DNA of 64,000 nucleotides from Oculina patagonica (Eukaryota): contig NC_135761.1 of assembly GCF_052425735.1 (NCBI RefSeq), positions 36,208,001 through 36,272,000 of the forward strand, given 5' to 3'. The notes under the pieces were generated by a model. The model was not told the origin of the DNA, made no database searches, and saw only the letters and a list, made by a program, of their open reading frames with translations. Each line of letters starts with the position of its first letter. Position 1 is the stretch's first letter. Below are positions 37,290 to 50,220 of the stretch, piece by piece. Made by a program: the position numbers and the translations under genes.

Positions 37290-38640
37290 AAGCTTTCGTG
37301 TGCTCTTGGTGCTATAATAATATGTTTTCCAAAGTAGTTGTAGCACCTCATAAACAGTATTAGGAGGTGGCAGCTTCTTTGCATTAAAGCCAGCTCTAAA
37401 TGATGTGGGAGGTAGTGGAAGTCAATAATGCCGCAGTAATGATGACACTCCTCCTTTCTAACCAATGATGACAGAGGCACCGTTGGAGCCCAACGCAGGT
37501 GATGCAGCTGACATAGAAGTATTATATGCGCATAAAATATATATTACATAATAAGATATAACGACAGTTAAAGATAAACACTAGGGCTGTGACGTCTATT
37601 CTGATGTCTGCTACAGTCGCTAACAATTAATAGTGTTGCTAATTTGATAGAATTTAAAACTGTTCGGTAAAACGATTTCAAGCCTAATGAATGTGCTTAG
37701 CTTGTGCATGTGCATGGGCAACCTTTTTGTGCCCCACTAGGCGATTCACTTGCTGCCCATCCTTTAGAAAATGATAGTACACCGTCTTGTTTTCTTTATC
37801 GGAAGTGTCAACCGCATCATCAATCATGAAGCTTAGGTATTTTTTTTCGTTAACTTTGCTGGCTAGTTCTTCTGTAAACACAGAGCCCACCAGTGATACC
37901 AGGGTGTTTTAGCTTTTCTCGTTGGCATAGGTTTGGCTTGTGTGTAGACCATTTTTTTTGAAGGGCTAGTAAAGGCCCATATTTACTAAAGGGCAGTTTC
38001 TCCTTTGCTATCAGATAGGCCGTATTAATTTTCGCAGCAAACACTTTTCTACTTTGGTCTTTGACGATTTGTTGACCTTTTCGCAGGCTTTCCTTGCTGT
38101 TTGGCAAGTAGTGCATCACGGGTGCGCAGATGTCCACCAGTGATGTTATGCTTTTGCAACGTCTCCATTTTGAAAGTCTGAGAACCAGTAGGGAAATTAG
38201 TTTTGCCAGCAAATTCCTGCACAGCACAGCAAATCTCGCAGGACTGTAGCAATTTTCCTGCATAACCTGCAAGACCTGAACTTGATGTTCCTGAATGCTT
38301 ACCCGGCTGTGATTGCTAACACGACTGCCATCCCTCTGCTGGTGCTGCTGCTGTTGTGCGGGCTGCTTGCCTTTCTTGCTAATTGTTTTGTTTTAGCTGT
38401 TGCACATTTGCCCTCAATTCTATAATAATTTTCTTGACATTAACAAGGCACCTCTCATGGTTTTTGACAACCTCGACCATTGTTCTGACCAGGTATTAAA
38501 GCCAAGTTTTTTGGCCTCTTTTCTCTCTCTCCCGAGGCTACCGTACCATCTCTTAGTCTTGGTCTTGGTTGTGCTTTTGAAATTCAGTTGACGACTTTGC
38601 TCTCTCCCTTTTTTTTCTGCTGGGGCCACTCCTAACACAA
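37290..38640 (-). pseudogene. Degenerate hAT transposase (ZNF862-like)
   Basis: CEICC...FPTGSQTFKMETLQKH, INTAYLIAKEKLPFSKY, LSFMIDDAVDTSDKE, LGSNGASV and HHLELA, in shifting frames. Confidence 0.75.
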
Positions 38641-38806
38641 ACACTGCCGCTTCACACCACTAAAGACACCACACTTGTTTTTGCAATGAAACATGGAGTG
38701 GTCGCCGCCACTCACAGTACAGTTGTGAGTTCTCTAAGACATATCGAATTGGAGTTTGGTTTTGCAAACTACCTTTGCAAAATATAGTTGTAGCTATCTA
38801 ATTTGA

Positions 38807-39613
38807 AAGATCTTGACTTCGCCGACGACATTGCCCTTCTTTCACATAACCACAGGAGCATGCAATCCAAGCTAACAAGACTGGCAAAGATCTCAATGCA
38901 GACGGGCCTTAGGATCAGCAAATCCAAGACAAAGGTGATGAGGGTTAACACCAAGGATGCAGATAGGATAGAACTAGATGAGGATGAAATCGACGAGGTG
39001 GAGGACTTTGCGTACCTTGGAAGTAACATCAGCAAGGACGGTGGATCTGATCAGGACATACGAGTGAGGATCGGAAAGGCAAGAACTGCATTCACCATCT
39101 TGACACCTGTTTGGAGATCAAAAGTGATTTCCAGAAAGACCAAACTACGGTTATTTAATACCAACGTAAAGTCAGTCCTCCTTTACGGCTCTGAAACGTG
39201 GAGAGTAACAAAAGCGAACTCCGCCAAACTGCAGACCTTTATCAACAAATGCCTGAGATCCATCATGGGCATCCACTGGCCAGAGGTCATAACAAATGAA
39301 GAGGTTTGGACAACAACTGAGCAGGAAAGGATCAACATCCAGATAAGAAGGCGAAAGTGGGGTTGGATTGGGCACACCCTCAGGAAAACAAACTGCAATG
39401 TCACCAAGCAGGCACTGAGATGGAACCCACAGGGGAAGAGGAGCCGAGGCCGTCCTAGAAACAGCTGGAGGAGGACGGTAGATGACGAGGCGAGCAAAGC
39501 AGGCTACACCTGGAGGCAGATTGAAAGGACAGCCCAAAACAGAACACGGTGGCGAGCAGTGGTTTCCGTGGACCTATGCTCCATGGGGAGCGAAAGGGTT
39601 TAAGTCAGTCAAG
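38807..39613 (+). mobile_element. 5'-truncated RTE-clade LINE fragment (RT C-terminus)
   Basis: DLDFADDIALL, YLGS, WIGHTLR and WNPQGKRSRGRPR motifs; short TAAGTCAGTCAAG tail; 12-bp TSD TATCTAATTTGA at 38795-38806 and 39614-39625. Confidence 0.92.
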
Positions 39614-40079
39614 TATCTAATTTGAGGAGATGTGGAATTTTCTAGAAATTTCTAGAAAATGACAGTTTTTATTTCAGAATCAATTCTAGCTTTCTTTCAG
39701 ATTTTGTTTTTCCAGTTTATGACAGTTTTGAATTCTGTCAGAAGCTGGAAATATCTGAATTGTGATGTAGTCTTTCATTTCTTGCAAGAATTACTGAAAA
39801 GTGCATAGCTATGTAACTCCAAGGTCATTGACATTATAAGGAATAAAAGAAATTTTCAGCTTTTCCCAGTTTTGGTGGATAGTCTTCTCTGAAACCTAAA
39901 TTAAAAATTTAAAAATTAAGTGCTTAGTATGCATAATTTGAAGCTAAGAAAAAATTTAAAACATGGTAGTGCAACATGTGATAAAAAATTAGGATTATAT
40001 TTTTCAAGTCAGGGACAGATATTTCTGATACCTTGTTACTTGTTTTGTCGGAGGGTTGACAAATTTGGGCACATAAATC

Positions 40080-40550
40080 TGGTGCCCTAGCCACACAAAG
40101 GTGATTTGAATTCGCAGAAAAATAAATACTTTTTCAACTATGCAATCCACTGGCACAATAAAGTACCTATTATCTTCTCTGGTAGTCATCAACAAATGCC
40201 TTGGTTTTTTGTGCACCAGAAATAGTTTATCAAAATCCAGAAGAAGACGCTTAACAAAAACAATTTCTACATCCCTTTCACACAAAAAGCACTCAACAAA
40301 GGCCATGTAGTTCCTTCCATTGTTCTCTACTAGAGCTGCCAATCCAGTGTGTTTTCATCCTCTCATAAGGTCTGGAATAAATGACATGGCCATTGACAAT
40401 AATGCGCTTTGTTTGAAGAAAAACTGGCCTTTGTACAAAATTTGGGCGAAGCAAAGAACATGCTTGGTTGTATATTTCATCACCACTAGTCCACTTTCTA
40501 AGAGCACCAGGCTTTTTTTCTCTGGAAAGCATTTGCTGTACAAATGCCAT
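40080..40550 (-). pseudogene. Possible C-terminal region of a CACTA-type transposase
   Basis: RIIVNGHVIYSRPYERMKT...AFVECFL...IVPVDCIVEKV pattern; weak. Confidence 0.4.
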
Positions 40551-40559
40551 TACTGACTA

Positions 40560-40900
40560 GTTCATCAGATTTAATGAGGAAACAGTGAAAGGTGCAATGG
40601 GGTGGAAAATAGTATGGAGTGGTCTGCATCTTCATGTCAAAACTGGCTATTCCAGTATGAAACAGGATGTAATCGACACCTTGGATGTTAATGACCATCA
40701 GCTGTTTGGCCGATTTAGCATAAGTAAAGTCTGACAACATCACCTTGGAGCTTACCTTGAGGACGTCACACACTTCACCATTATTATTGACATGCTTTAC
40801 AGAAATTCCATCAGTATAGGGCTCAACTGTGTTTGAAAACCAATATTGTCTTCCAATATTGGCACAGTGTTTACCACCCATGATCCTCCATCACTGGGAT
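40560..40900 (-). pseudogene. Alpha-kinase domain fragment
   Basis: VEPYTDGISVKHVNNNG...LSDFTYAKSAKQLMVINIQGVDYILFHTGIAS resembles the alpha-kinase SHFTY...LMVLDIQG...DPEIAS motif, with decayed key residues. Confidence 0.6.
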
Positions 40901-41864
40901 GCTGTTCTCATAGTGAGATTTTGGGAAGCATTTGTTCAACATTAGGATGGCAATTTTAAATGCCAATTTTAGAAAAAGGATGGGTTAATAGATAGAATAT
41001 TTCTAATAACTTTTTTTCTGCCAAAAAGTACACAATTTTGAAAGCAACTAAATTTAAAACCTCAAGAAATTGAGATCTGATAGTTTTCATGAGACTTTCA
41101 TTGTTTATAAGGTATGAATCGCAAACAGAAAAACCAGTGCTAACAGAGTCATCATCACCATCCTCATTGGCCGCTTGACTTGTAATTGCAATTGTATTAT
41201 TTTTAGCCACCTGTGATAGGCAACCACCTAAGGTGTGTGTCAACACAAGCCGTCTGTGACCCTCTTAATTATGTCTTACAATCACAACTGAATACATAAA
41301 TTTTGCAAACAATATATGCTGAAAATAATGAACATAACAGTACAACTGAATAATAACTATAAACCTCACAATATTGTACAATATAAATACAACAACATGA
41401 TAAGCTAAAACTAAAAAAACACATCATCCTTTTCCATGAGGTATTTACGTAATTTAGAGGGTGAAGATGCTGCCATATGACTGGAATAAATATAAATGAC
41501 TTAAACCCAATATATGTACCAACACCCGACAAGTGAGGCATTGTAACAAAATGCCGCATAATATCCCCGAGACAAGGTGATGCAATCAATAATAAATCCA
41601 TTTACTACTGTCTAACAACATGAGCTTCATTGACTTGCTATGGCACAGGTCTTTTTGGAATAACAGAGTTCGTTAGCATAAGTCTCTAGTGTTGGTTTTT
41701 TAGCCAGGCTTCAGGAGACCTGTAAATTACAGAATATTCACTGTTTTTTACTCGATTACGCTTACTATCCTCAATTGAACTTAAGTTAGCCACTGTTATG
41801 CCAACCTCCTTCAAATGAGACACTTGCTTGTCCATTAGGCTTATCAAAGGTGAGACAACAACCA

Positions 41865-42800
41865 CGATATCAGGCCAAGAAGCGGTTGGAACAAACTGGT
41901 TTTTCCACTGATTGCATCACCAATAAGACATGGAACCTTTTCTTTGTGCTTCTTTTGTTTATGATTAAGAAGCCTTAAAGAGTCCTCGCAAAACGCCACT
42001 GTTTCCTCTTTGGTGAGGCTGTTTTCCAAGATCTCGCAAAAGTATTTGAGATCTGGTTCCTTGGTGGCATTGAATGGCGAAAACGCTCTCGGCGTTACAT
42101 GGCCAATTTCTCTTTCGTCGATCGCATTCTCTATGAAGCGTCATTCCTTAAGTGACCAACACAACCCATTCAAGACTTCAATTAGATTGTCATCCACAGT
42201 AAGGGGTCTAATGACCTCACAGTAGGGGTTTGCAAGGTTGTCGATGATTTTCTTCATGTCTTTCAAAAGTCTACCTTTAAAAAGCTCATTTCCCGCTAAA
42301 CCGTGTATAAATGCCTCAACATCACACTTGTAGGTGTATGTGTACTTGGCCTTCTCAAATTTCTTGTAGACTTTGCAGTTGTAAAGAGCGTAACCCAACA
42401 ATTTCATTGCGATACTGATGTCATTAACAAGTACTGTGAACTTGTCGGATAACCTTGCCTGCTCTTTGACAGTTTCAGCTCCTCCTATTTAGATTCCTGT
42501 GCCACCATCAAGTTCAAAATTAAACTAGTTGACGACCAATTTTTTATCTTAGAGTTTGCTCAAATCCCACGACAGACTGCCTTGGAAAGAAGGATTGACT
42601 GGTGTTACCCAGACAACTTTATCAGTGCCACAATCTTCGAGATCCATTAGACCAATTTCACCGACGAAACTTTCAAATTCATCATGGAAGTAGGAGTGAT
42701 ACAACGAATTCACAAGCTCCTCCATAAATGGGTTCTTATGGTCTTTAATGCATTTAAACAATTCTTTCTTTGAGCCGGCTTCTTTACCCTCGTAAAAGGG
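41865..42800 (-). pseudogene. D5/SF3-like helicase (virus- or transposon-derived) remnant
   Basis: ORF 42407-42141 reads through one TGA into ORF 42029-41844, which carries VPCLIGDAISGKTSLF (Walker A). NLIEVLNG...PRAF upstream resembles a D5_N-like region. Confidence 0.6.
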
Positions 42801-45309
42801 GACCTAAAATTCCGAAAAGCCAGCAGTTTAATCAATTATCTATAAAGGTATCTATATTTATATAATATTTGTCAAAAATTCATTCCAATGAGTGTTATTT
42901 TGGTATGTATAGCTATGTCGCAGTGGACAACAATAAAAAAGTAGCAAAGAGGCTTTCTTTAGAAGTTGGTCATCATTGCTCTCTTCGTCATCTCTTTTAT
43001 CCTTTGCGTTCTTTTTTCCACGTTTTTCCTTTAAGCTTTGTGTGCTTATGGCAATGAAGAAAAATGCTACATTCTTCACTCCTACAAAAGAGATTGACAA
43101 ATCTTTATCAATTGATTTACTGCAACCCAAAGAAGCCGAAACTTGCAAGAAAGCCAACTAAACAACAAACTTGCAAGAAAGCCAACAACAAACCTTTAAG
43201 TTTACTGTTGCAGGCATCCCTTGAGCGGCACACGTACTTCCAAGCATTTTCAAGACCTTCTTCGTCAATTTTACACATGCATTTTCCCATAAACACTGGA
43301 CTTAGATATGCTAACGCTGCACTTTGTATCGTTTTGCTGTTTAGATGTCCACACGGATAACGTGCTCTCTGCATCTTCAAAGGTGAAATGTAAATTAGTC
43401 TTCCGCTTTTATAGAAGACAGAATTTCACGGGTAATTATAATGATACAAAGATGAATCTAATGTTAACATTGTTCTCACTAACCAAGCAATCAGCAGCTA
43501 TTCATTCTAAGGAAACCACCAACTTTGAGCTAATTGTAATAGCTTTGCCATAAAGAAAAAGTGTTCCATTCCAGAGCCAAAAAATGTTTCCAATGGTTCA
43601 ATAACGACCCATGGGAGAATTATGGCTAAACCAAACTTCCCGTCTTGTTAGCCTATTGACTAATGTGATGAAACCATTGTTTTCCCTGACAATTAGGAAA
43701 GTTAGCAGACAGGCTAGATTATTTCATTTAAGGTCAAGATCAAACTTGACAATTAGAAACAAATTAGCTGACAGGCTAGATTGTTTCATTTAAGATCAAG
43801 ATCAAAATTAAAAAAATAAAATGTAGCGTGTGGATTTGAGCACAGTTTTGTGCAGTTAAAAGAAAAGAATTTCTGTAAAATCCGTGGAATCCCTCTTTTC
43901 CACTGTTATCGGGAAAACATTCACTCACAGCCCACTCGAGCTGGAAGTTCCCTGCCTAAGGTTTTCCTCAAAAACAGCAGAAAAGACGGATTGTTACGGA
44001 TTTCGTGGAAATATCTTTATTGAATAAAATACTTCTCTTTATAATATAGATAGGAGTCTACATGCGCTCTGATTTGCTAAAAACCTATGTTTTATCAGAG
44101 TATAAAACATAGAAAAATCATGTTTTATTGTTTTTCGTCAGCTTTCCTCGAGTGCTTCGCACATCGTTGACTGCTCGTTGGCTATAACCACTCATATCCA
44201 ACAAGGGCGAATAGAATAAATATTTTATTAAATTCCTAGTATAAATCCACTGGATATTTCATTTTGATGTAAACGAAGTGACAAGTGTCAAGAAGCGGGA
44301 AAAATTGCGACACTGTGTTCACTTCTTGAGTTGAATGACACTCGCAAGGAAACCGAGCGAGAGAGTTTACTTTCGAAGTTTTTCTTCGACAATCTCCTTT
44401 TAAATCTTCTATTAATGCTAGAAAATTGTGACAACAATTCAGGTTTACGGGAAGATCTGAGCCAATAGCTTTTCTGGAAATTATACGCCTTGTTCAAGTC
44501 GAACGAAGCAAGGGACGGCTGTCATTGAGACTACTATATTATGCTGAGACAAAATTCACTCAGTCGGTGAAGTTTATTGAAGTTCAAAAAGACAAGATCA
44601 AGATTGAAAGGTAACAAACTTACCTGAAATGTCGAACACTGAATGAAATTGTGTCAGTTTTCTGGTTTTCCCGTTTTTCATCTTTGTTCGCATGCAGCTC
44701 ATGTTTTCTACATTTCCCTCTTTTTCTCAAATGCCTGTCGTGTTTTATGACAGAATAAAACATGGCTTAGGCTTCTTTATGTATAAATATAAGTTAGTAT
44801 AAATATAATAAATTGAAATAACTTACTACTTACAGTTTTTAAGAGAAGAATTATATTAAATCTTATCATTTTCGCAAAATGAAAAACTGAAAACGTTCGA
44901 GGGAACAAAAATTTTAGGAAACAATCCTCCCTCCCTTTCTTCCTTCCTTTACATTTCCCAAAACTTTTCCAGGGTTTATTTTATTTCTTATTTTTTGAGA
45001 ACATCAAAGTGCTCTAGATTTTGAAGCTTGCTTCTATTTTACCTAAACTTTTAATAGATGCTTTTTTAGCTTTTAAACTGAACTTGTTGGTTTATTTTTC
45101 ACGTATTTTAAGTTTTTTCGGCTGTTCCGATATTTGTAAAGGAACGTTCCTCTAGGATCGAGTGTTCCTCATTTTTGTGTTCCTATTAACCTTACGAGGA
45201 CCAGCTTTTTACAGAGTAAGAACATAGCGTTCCCTGTAAAGTAAGACAAGAACATTTTGTTCCGAGTTGTCAACTGCAAGTGGAACACTGTTCCCAAATG
45301 AGTGATTTT

Positions 45310-45675
45310 GGACTGTATTGTTCCGAGTTCCTATTTGTGCATGGAACACATTGTTCCTAACTTGATAAATTAGGACTGTTTTGTTCCGAGTTCCTATTTG
45401 TGCATGGAACACGTTGTTCTTAACTTGATAAATTAGGACTGTTTTGTTCCGAGTTCCTATTTGTGCATGGAACACGTTGTTCCTAACTTGATAAATTAGG
45501 ACTGTTTTGTTCCGAGTTCCTATTTGTGCATGGAACACATTGTTCCTAACTTGATAAATTAGGACTGTTATGTTCCGAGTTCCTCCTATTTGTGCATGGA
45601 ACACATTGTTCCTAACTTGATAAATTAGGAATGTTTCGTTCCGAGTTCCTATTTGTGCGTGGAACACTTTGTTCC
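45310..45675. repeat. 63-bp minisatellite, ~5.5 copies, with degenerate flanking units (~45140-45940)
   Basis: Unit TTCCGAGTTCCTATTTGTGCATGGAACACATTGTTCCTAACTTGATAAATTAGGACTGTTTTG. Confidence 0.95.
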
Positions 45676-46469
45676 GAAATTAATATTCCGATTTTGCTAT
45701 CTGTGAATGGAACATATTGTTCTGAAAACGGTAAATAGGAACAAGTTTTGGACTTCATTGTTCAATTTTTATATCTGCTAATGGAACATTTTGTTCTAAA
45801 AGTGGTATTTCGGACTTTTTTCTTCCTTGATTCCATTTGCGTATTGAACATAATGTTCCCAAATTGATCGGTCAGGATTAAAGTTAGGACTGTTTTGTTC
45901 TGATTTATCGATCCGTTAACTATGTATTGTGTTGTGTCCCTGATTTGAAAAAGGTGCGTACAGACCTGATTGGGCAAGTTTGGGTTGTATCTCACTGTCA
46001 TGAATTTTACACAATAGTAATGAGCGTGGGCAAGCAAGGGCATGTTTTGGCAAGTTGAAACGTCCTTTGTTTCGGCTAAGATTTAAAGGCGATTGTGTTA
46101 GCCACATGTTGTTTAAAGAAAGAAATGAGCAAGAAGTGCAAAGTCAATTAGTCAGATGTTGTGGATCTGGATCTGGATCTGCGCTATCTGTGGGAAGCAA
46201 TGCTGCATGCTCTTCTAATAATTCTTGCCTGAGAACATAGAGTTGCCTTTCTCGCTCAATCTGGTCATTCTTTCGCGCTTATAACATACTGGTAAGTTGC
46301 TGTTTTCGGAGGGTGACTGGAGAACATAGTTGGAGTGCACTTCGCAAGTTTCTTATGTCCGTTTCGTCATTGAATTCCAGTTCGCTTCCATTGTCGCCTC
46401 TCCAGTGTCATCACATAAAACCTCTTGTAATGGACTGCCTGGGGATCCACGACCCCCCCTCGTCAACCC

Positions 46470-46680
46470 ATTGGATGCAAATGGTTAGTTGTTCCTTGTT
46501 ACTGACAACTGTGTATTCGTCGCATATGATAGAGAAGAAGCCACCACTAATTTCCGATACCAGAAACAGGTGACATGACTCGCCATGATGGCAATTATTT
46601 CATTTTGATTTTCGTGTGAGGTGTATCTGTCTTCTTTCCTTTCTAACCATTTTAAAAGATGACTTTGATGAAACATACCT
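46470..46680 (-). pseudogene. hAT transposase fragment (ZMYM1/DUF4371-like)
   Basis: WLERKEDRYTSHENQNEIIAIMA followed by FFSIICDEYTVVSNKEQLTICIQWVD. Confidence 0.75.
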
Positions 46681-48636
46681 GGTTAAACTCCATTGTCTTT
46701 TTTCACCAGGTTTAGGTCAATTTATTTCCAGCTAAATGGTCTATATATGAATCAATAATGAAGGCATAAAGTGTTACTTGTTTAAAGATGTCATTAAGCA
46801 AAAATGCCTTTTAAGCTAGTAATTAGTTACAAAGCTTCAAGCTCTATGCTTTGAGCTACAAGATATGTGGTACTTTGCTCACTTTTGTGAGGTTTCACGC
46901 CAAAATAATTAGTATAGTGAATGACAAAGTACTTTATGGGCACGAAAGTACTACTCCAGGGTCCTTGCAAATTAAGTTGTAAAATCCTAATATTTAACAT
47001 AATACTAAAAGTGAAATCAACTCTTCAATAACAAAAATAACTCGATTAGTAGTAAAAAAGGCAAGTTACGTGTGGAAAAAAGGTATCCGAATTCAGATAG
47101 GAAGGGAGGCAAAGGAGATAAAAAAGCCTCCCTCCCTCCTCCCCGTTTGATTCCTGATGATGCAAATTGGGTACTGTATAAACCCATTTCAGAGACTAGA
47201 GATAAACCGTCAGACTGAAGATCCTAATGGGTGCGCCTTTGGGTGACGTTTTGATAAAAATCTTAGCATCTAGCAACCAACATTTGGAGCAAACTATCTC
47301 TTTACATCTTGCTTGATTTGTGCACTACATAATGCTTTTGATTTGTCAGTTTTTCAATTATGAAAATACAGTCTTAAGCTCCTGGTACATACACAGGGCA
47401 CTTTGAAAAAATGCTTAACATCTTTACTTTCTTAAAATTCTCTTAATTCCGTTGGCCTGATCATCTTGGCCCGTTTGGCTCGTTTTAGACAGTCAGCCAC
47501 AATGGTGGACTTTCTTTGAGAACGCTTTTTGGGTGGCATAACTTACAAATATAAAAATTTAATGTACAATAAGGCAGCATAAGACAACAATAGAGAATTG
47601 CGAAATCTACTTGTTGACAGGAAAATTAACCAAAGGGGCGCACCTCACTCGACAATTGTTTTCTGGAAAAAACCCAACAGGTAGAGAGAGGCTAAGTTAA
47701 GATGAATGGAGAAAAATATAAACAGATCATGTGATGTCGATACATTAAACGCAACTTCTTTCAAAATGTAAATGGAAATCGTTTGCACAAAGCGAAAATT
47801 CAAATCTAAATAGAAGTTCATAATAGGTAAAAAACACGAGAGAAAAAGGAAATAAAAATGCCAAGTTCAAGAGGACAAAAGTGCGAACTGCACAATAAAA
47901 ACTAAATACTTCATTATGTTACTGAGTGCCATTAAAAATACGATACCAAGATCCTGAATATCGTGGTCCACTGGACCGATAAAACAAGAAGCTTGCCAAG
48001 TGGGAAAACCCACAAATAACAATAAAAAAGAGGCAAGGCAAACACACAGAACAAATCGGCTTGGTTAAACAAATATGAACTGGCAATGAACGTATAACAA
48101 AATGCACTGCTCCTCAAATACAATGCTGATCAAGCAGCCCCCAATAGAGCTCTCCAGCATCTGAAAATAGCCCCCCTTAAACTGCGTTAGAGTTTGTAAT
48201 GACCTAAACTATTAAGGTGAATACCACCACGATGGTAAAAATCAGATTTGGACTTCCAAAAACCCCTGTGTTGCCAGTAAGTAAGGAAATGGTTCCAAAA
48301 CTACTTAAAGGTATCTCGTCAAAGATTGACCTGTTTATCAAACAGGGCCACGTTTACCCGGTAGATTGTTTGGCAGACACATATCCTTTGCACATTGTAA
48401 GTCTTGTATAATAAACGAGCAAGGTCCTCGATGGAAGAACCAGTTTTCAAGTCATTTACTTTAGCTACAGTTCTACCTCCTATCCCGTGCCATTTGAAAA
48501 TAAGATCATCGCTCAAGTTAAAATTGTTAACAAAATTGCAACCATAACGAGTAAGAAGAAACGTATGTAAGTGATGTTCAAAAGAGTGACTGAGAATAAG
48601 TTGGTGCCATTATAGTTATAAATATTAAAAATAAAA

Positions 48637-48671
<35 letters not shown>

Positions 48672-49029
48672 CCTTTTCTGCCTTATAAAAATTAAAAAAA
48701 AATTGTGTATGAAAATAAAACTGTACAACAACAGCTACTGAATAAGAAACAATGGGGAGATAATCAGCAAAATAGGAACTTGCCTGAAAATGAGCTTTCC
48801 TAGCGGAATGACAGAAAAAGAATTTTCTTCAGCACTCAACGTTTGAATGGCGTGGGATGGAAGGACGAATTACCCAAGTGTCCCTGCTTTTTACATAGGG
48901 AGCCCACCCCAAAATCCTATTGGTTGATCTTTGTACCTGGTACGAACCTCCGAACGGGTTATCATGTAACATGCCTCAACATAAAAAACTTTATGTCTAG
49001 ACATGTAATGTTTGTCTATTACCATGATT

Positions 49030-49290
49030 AAAAATAAAAAAAATTAAAACATCCTTAATTGACTGACATTGCAGTAAAAAGCCCTGGAAATTAAAACTTA
49101 CAATTTTAAACATAAAACTTCGAACCTTGTGGATGAAATCCTTAGTTCCAGCTAAGCTGTGTAAGTTCTCAGGAAGCACATTCCAGTGTTTCATGGTGTA
49201 ATAACTAAAACGCTTTAGGCTGTATTTGGTGCTGTTCACCTAAGGTTGGGACAAGACATTTACACTTTGCAGATTGTAAGTACTCCTTCT
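49030..49290 (-). mobile_element. CR1/L2-type LINE 3' fragment
   Basis: YNLQ...VNSTKYSLKRFSYYTMKHWNVLPENL. Confidence 0.7.
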
Positions 49291-49299
49291 GACATTTAT

Positions 49300-50220
49300 A
49301 AGATGTTCAATTTTTGCCGGTGGTCTACCCTGAAATTAACTGGATAGAGGGTCACTAGCCTTGCATCATTGTCCTCAAAGGTAAGACGGTTGCTTAAATT
49401 GATGTTCACCTGCCCTAAAATGTTTTTGGCAAGCCTGTTATTCTGTTGACTTTGGAGATTCTTTGTGGCCTCTTGTTGGATGATTTCAACAAAACTTCTA
49501 GAGTTGCCACTATAACAACAACCACTTTCCCCCATCCCATTCCCAAGAATGGTTGCCATCTCTTGAACATAATAAGCAGGAAAAGTGAACTTATACTTAA
49601 TTCCTGAGCTATGGCCTGGATTGGCTTTCAAAAACTCATTCATTTCTGTGGGATGTTCACTAGAAACATTTATTGGTTCCATGATGTTTGATTACTTGAT
49701 ACACTGGATTATTTCAAAAACTAAAAACATCCAACGATCTACTTAAACAGAGAGTTGTCTTTATGTTCTCGAAAACTTTGAAATGCCCCAACGATTTTGT
49801 GCCATCTAAAGTTGAAACCAAATAATAATGAAATCTACTTGTAACGAATGTGAAAGCATAAAAGTAACAAACAAAACTATGCTGTATAGAAAAAAAGAGA
49901 AACAAAAAGATATTACATAACTAAATATTCTCAAGCATAACATGATGTGAATTTAACTAATGAATTCAATTTTCTTGTGTCCATGGGATAACCAGCGAAA
50001 ATCATGATCGCCTCTCTCCATTGCTGCTCCCATCAGTTGGTTGATAGCAATTCTTCCATAATCAACACTTGTGCTTCTTGGGGTTAGAGGATAGGCTTCA
50101 CCAATGAATAACGTGCTGCCCTTTGCTTCTCTGATTTTTTTCATTAGCCAATGAGGTTTCCTCTCTGGACATCCCCTACTTTCCTCTTTTTAATTTTTTC
50201 CTCACTGTGCAGGAGATCTG
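49300..50220 (-). pseudogene. CbbX/CfxQ (SpoVK)-like AAA+ ATPase remnant
   Basis: VQRGNLIG, REAKGSTLFIGEAY (decayed Walker B), DYGRIAINQLM, EMNEFLKANPG..S.IKYKFTFPAY and GNSR. Confidence 0.72.

Noticed and set aside
45209-45667. CRISPR-like array or 21-aa repeat protein
   Set aside because: Units are contiguous with no unique spacers, no cas genes are present and the context is eukaryotic; it is a minisatellite.
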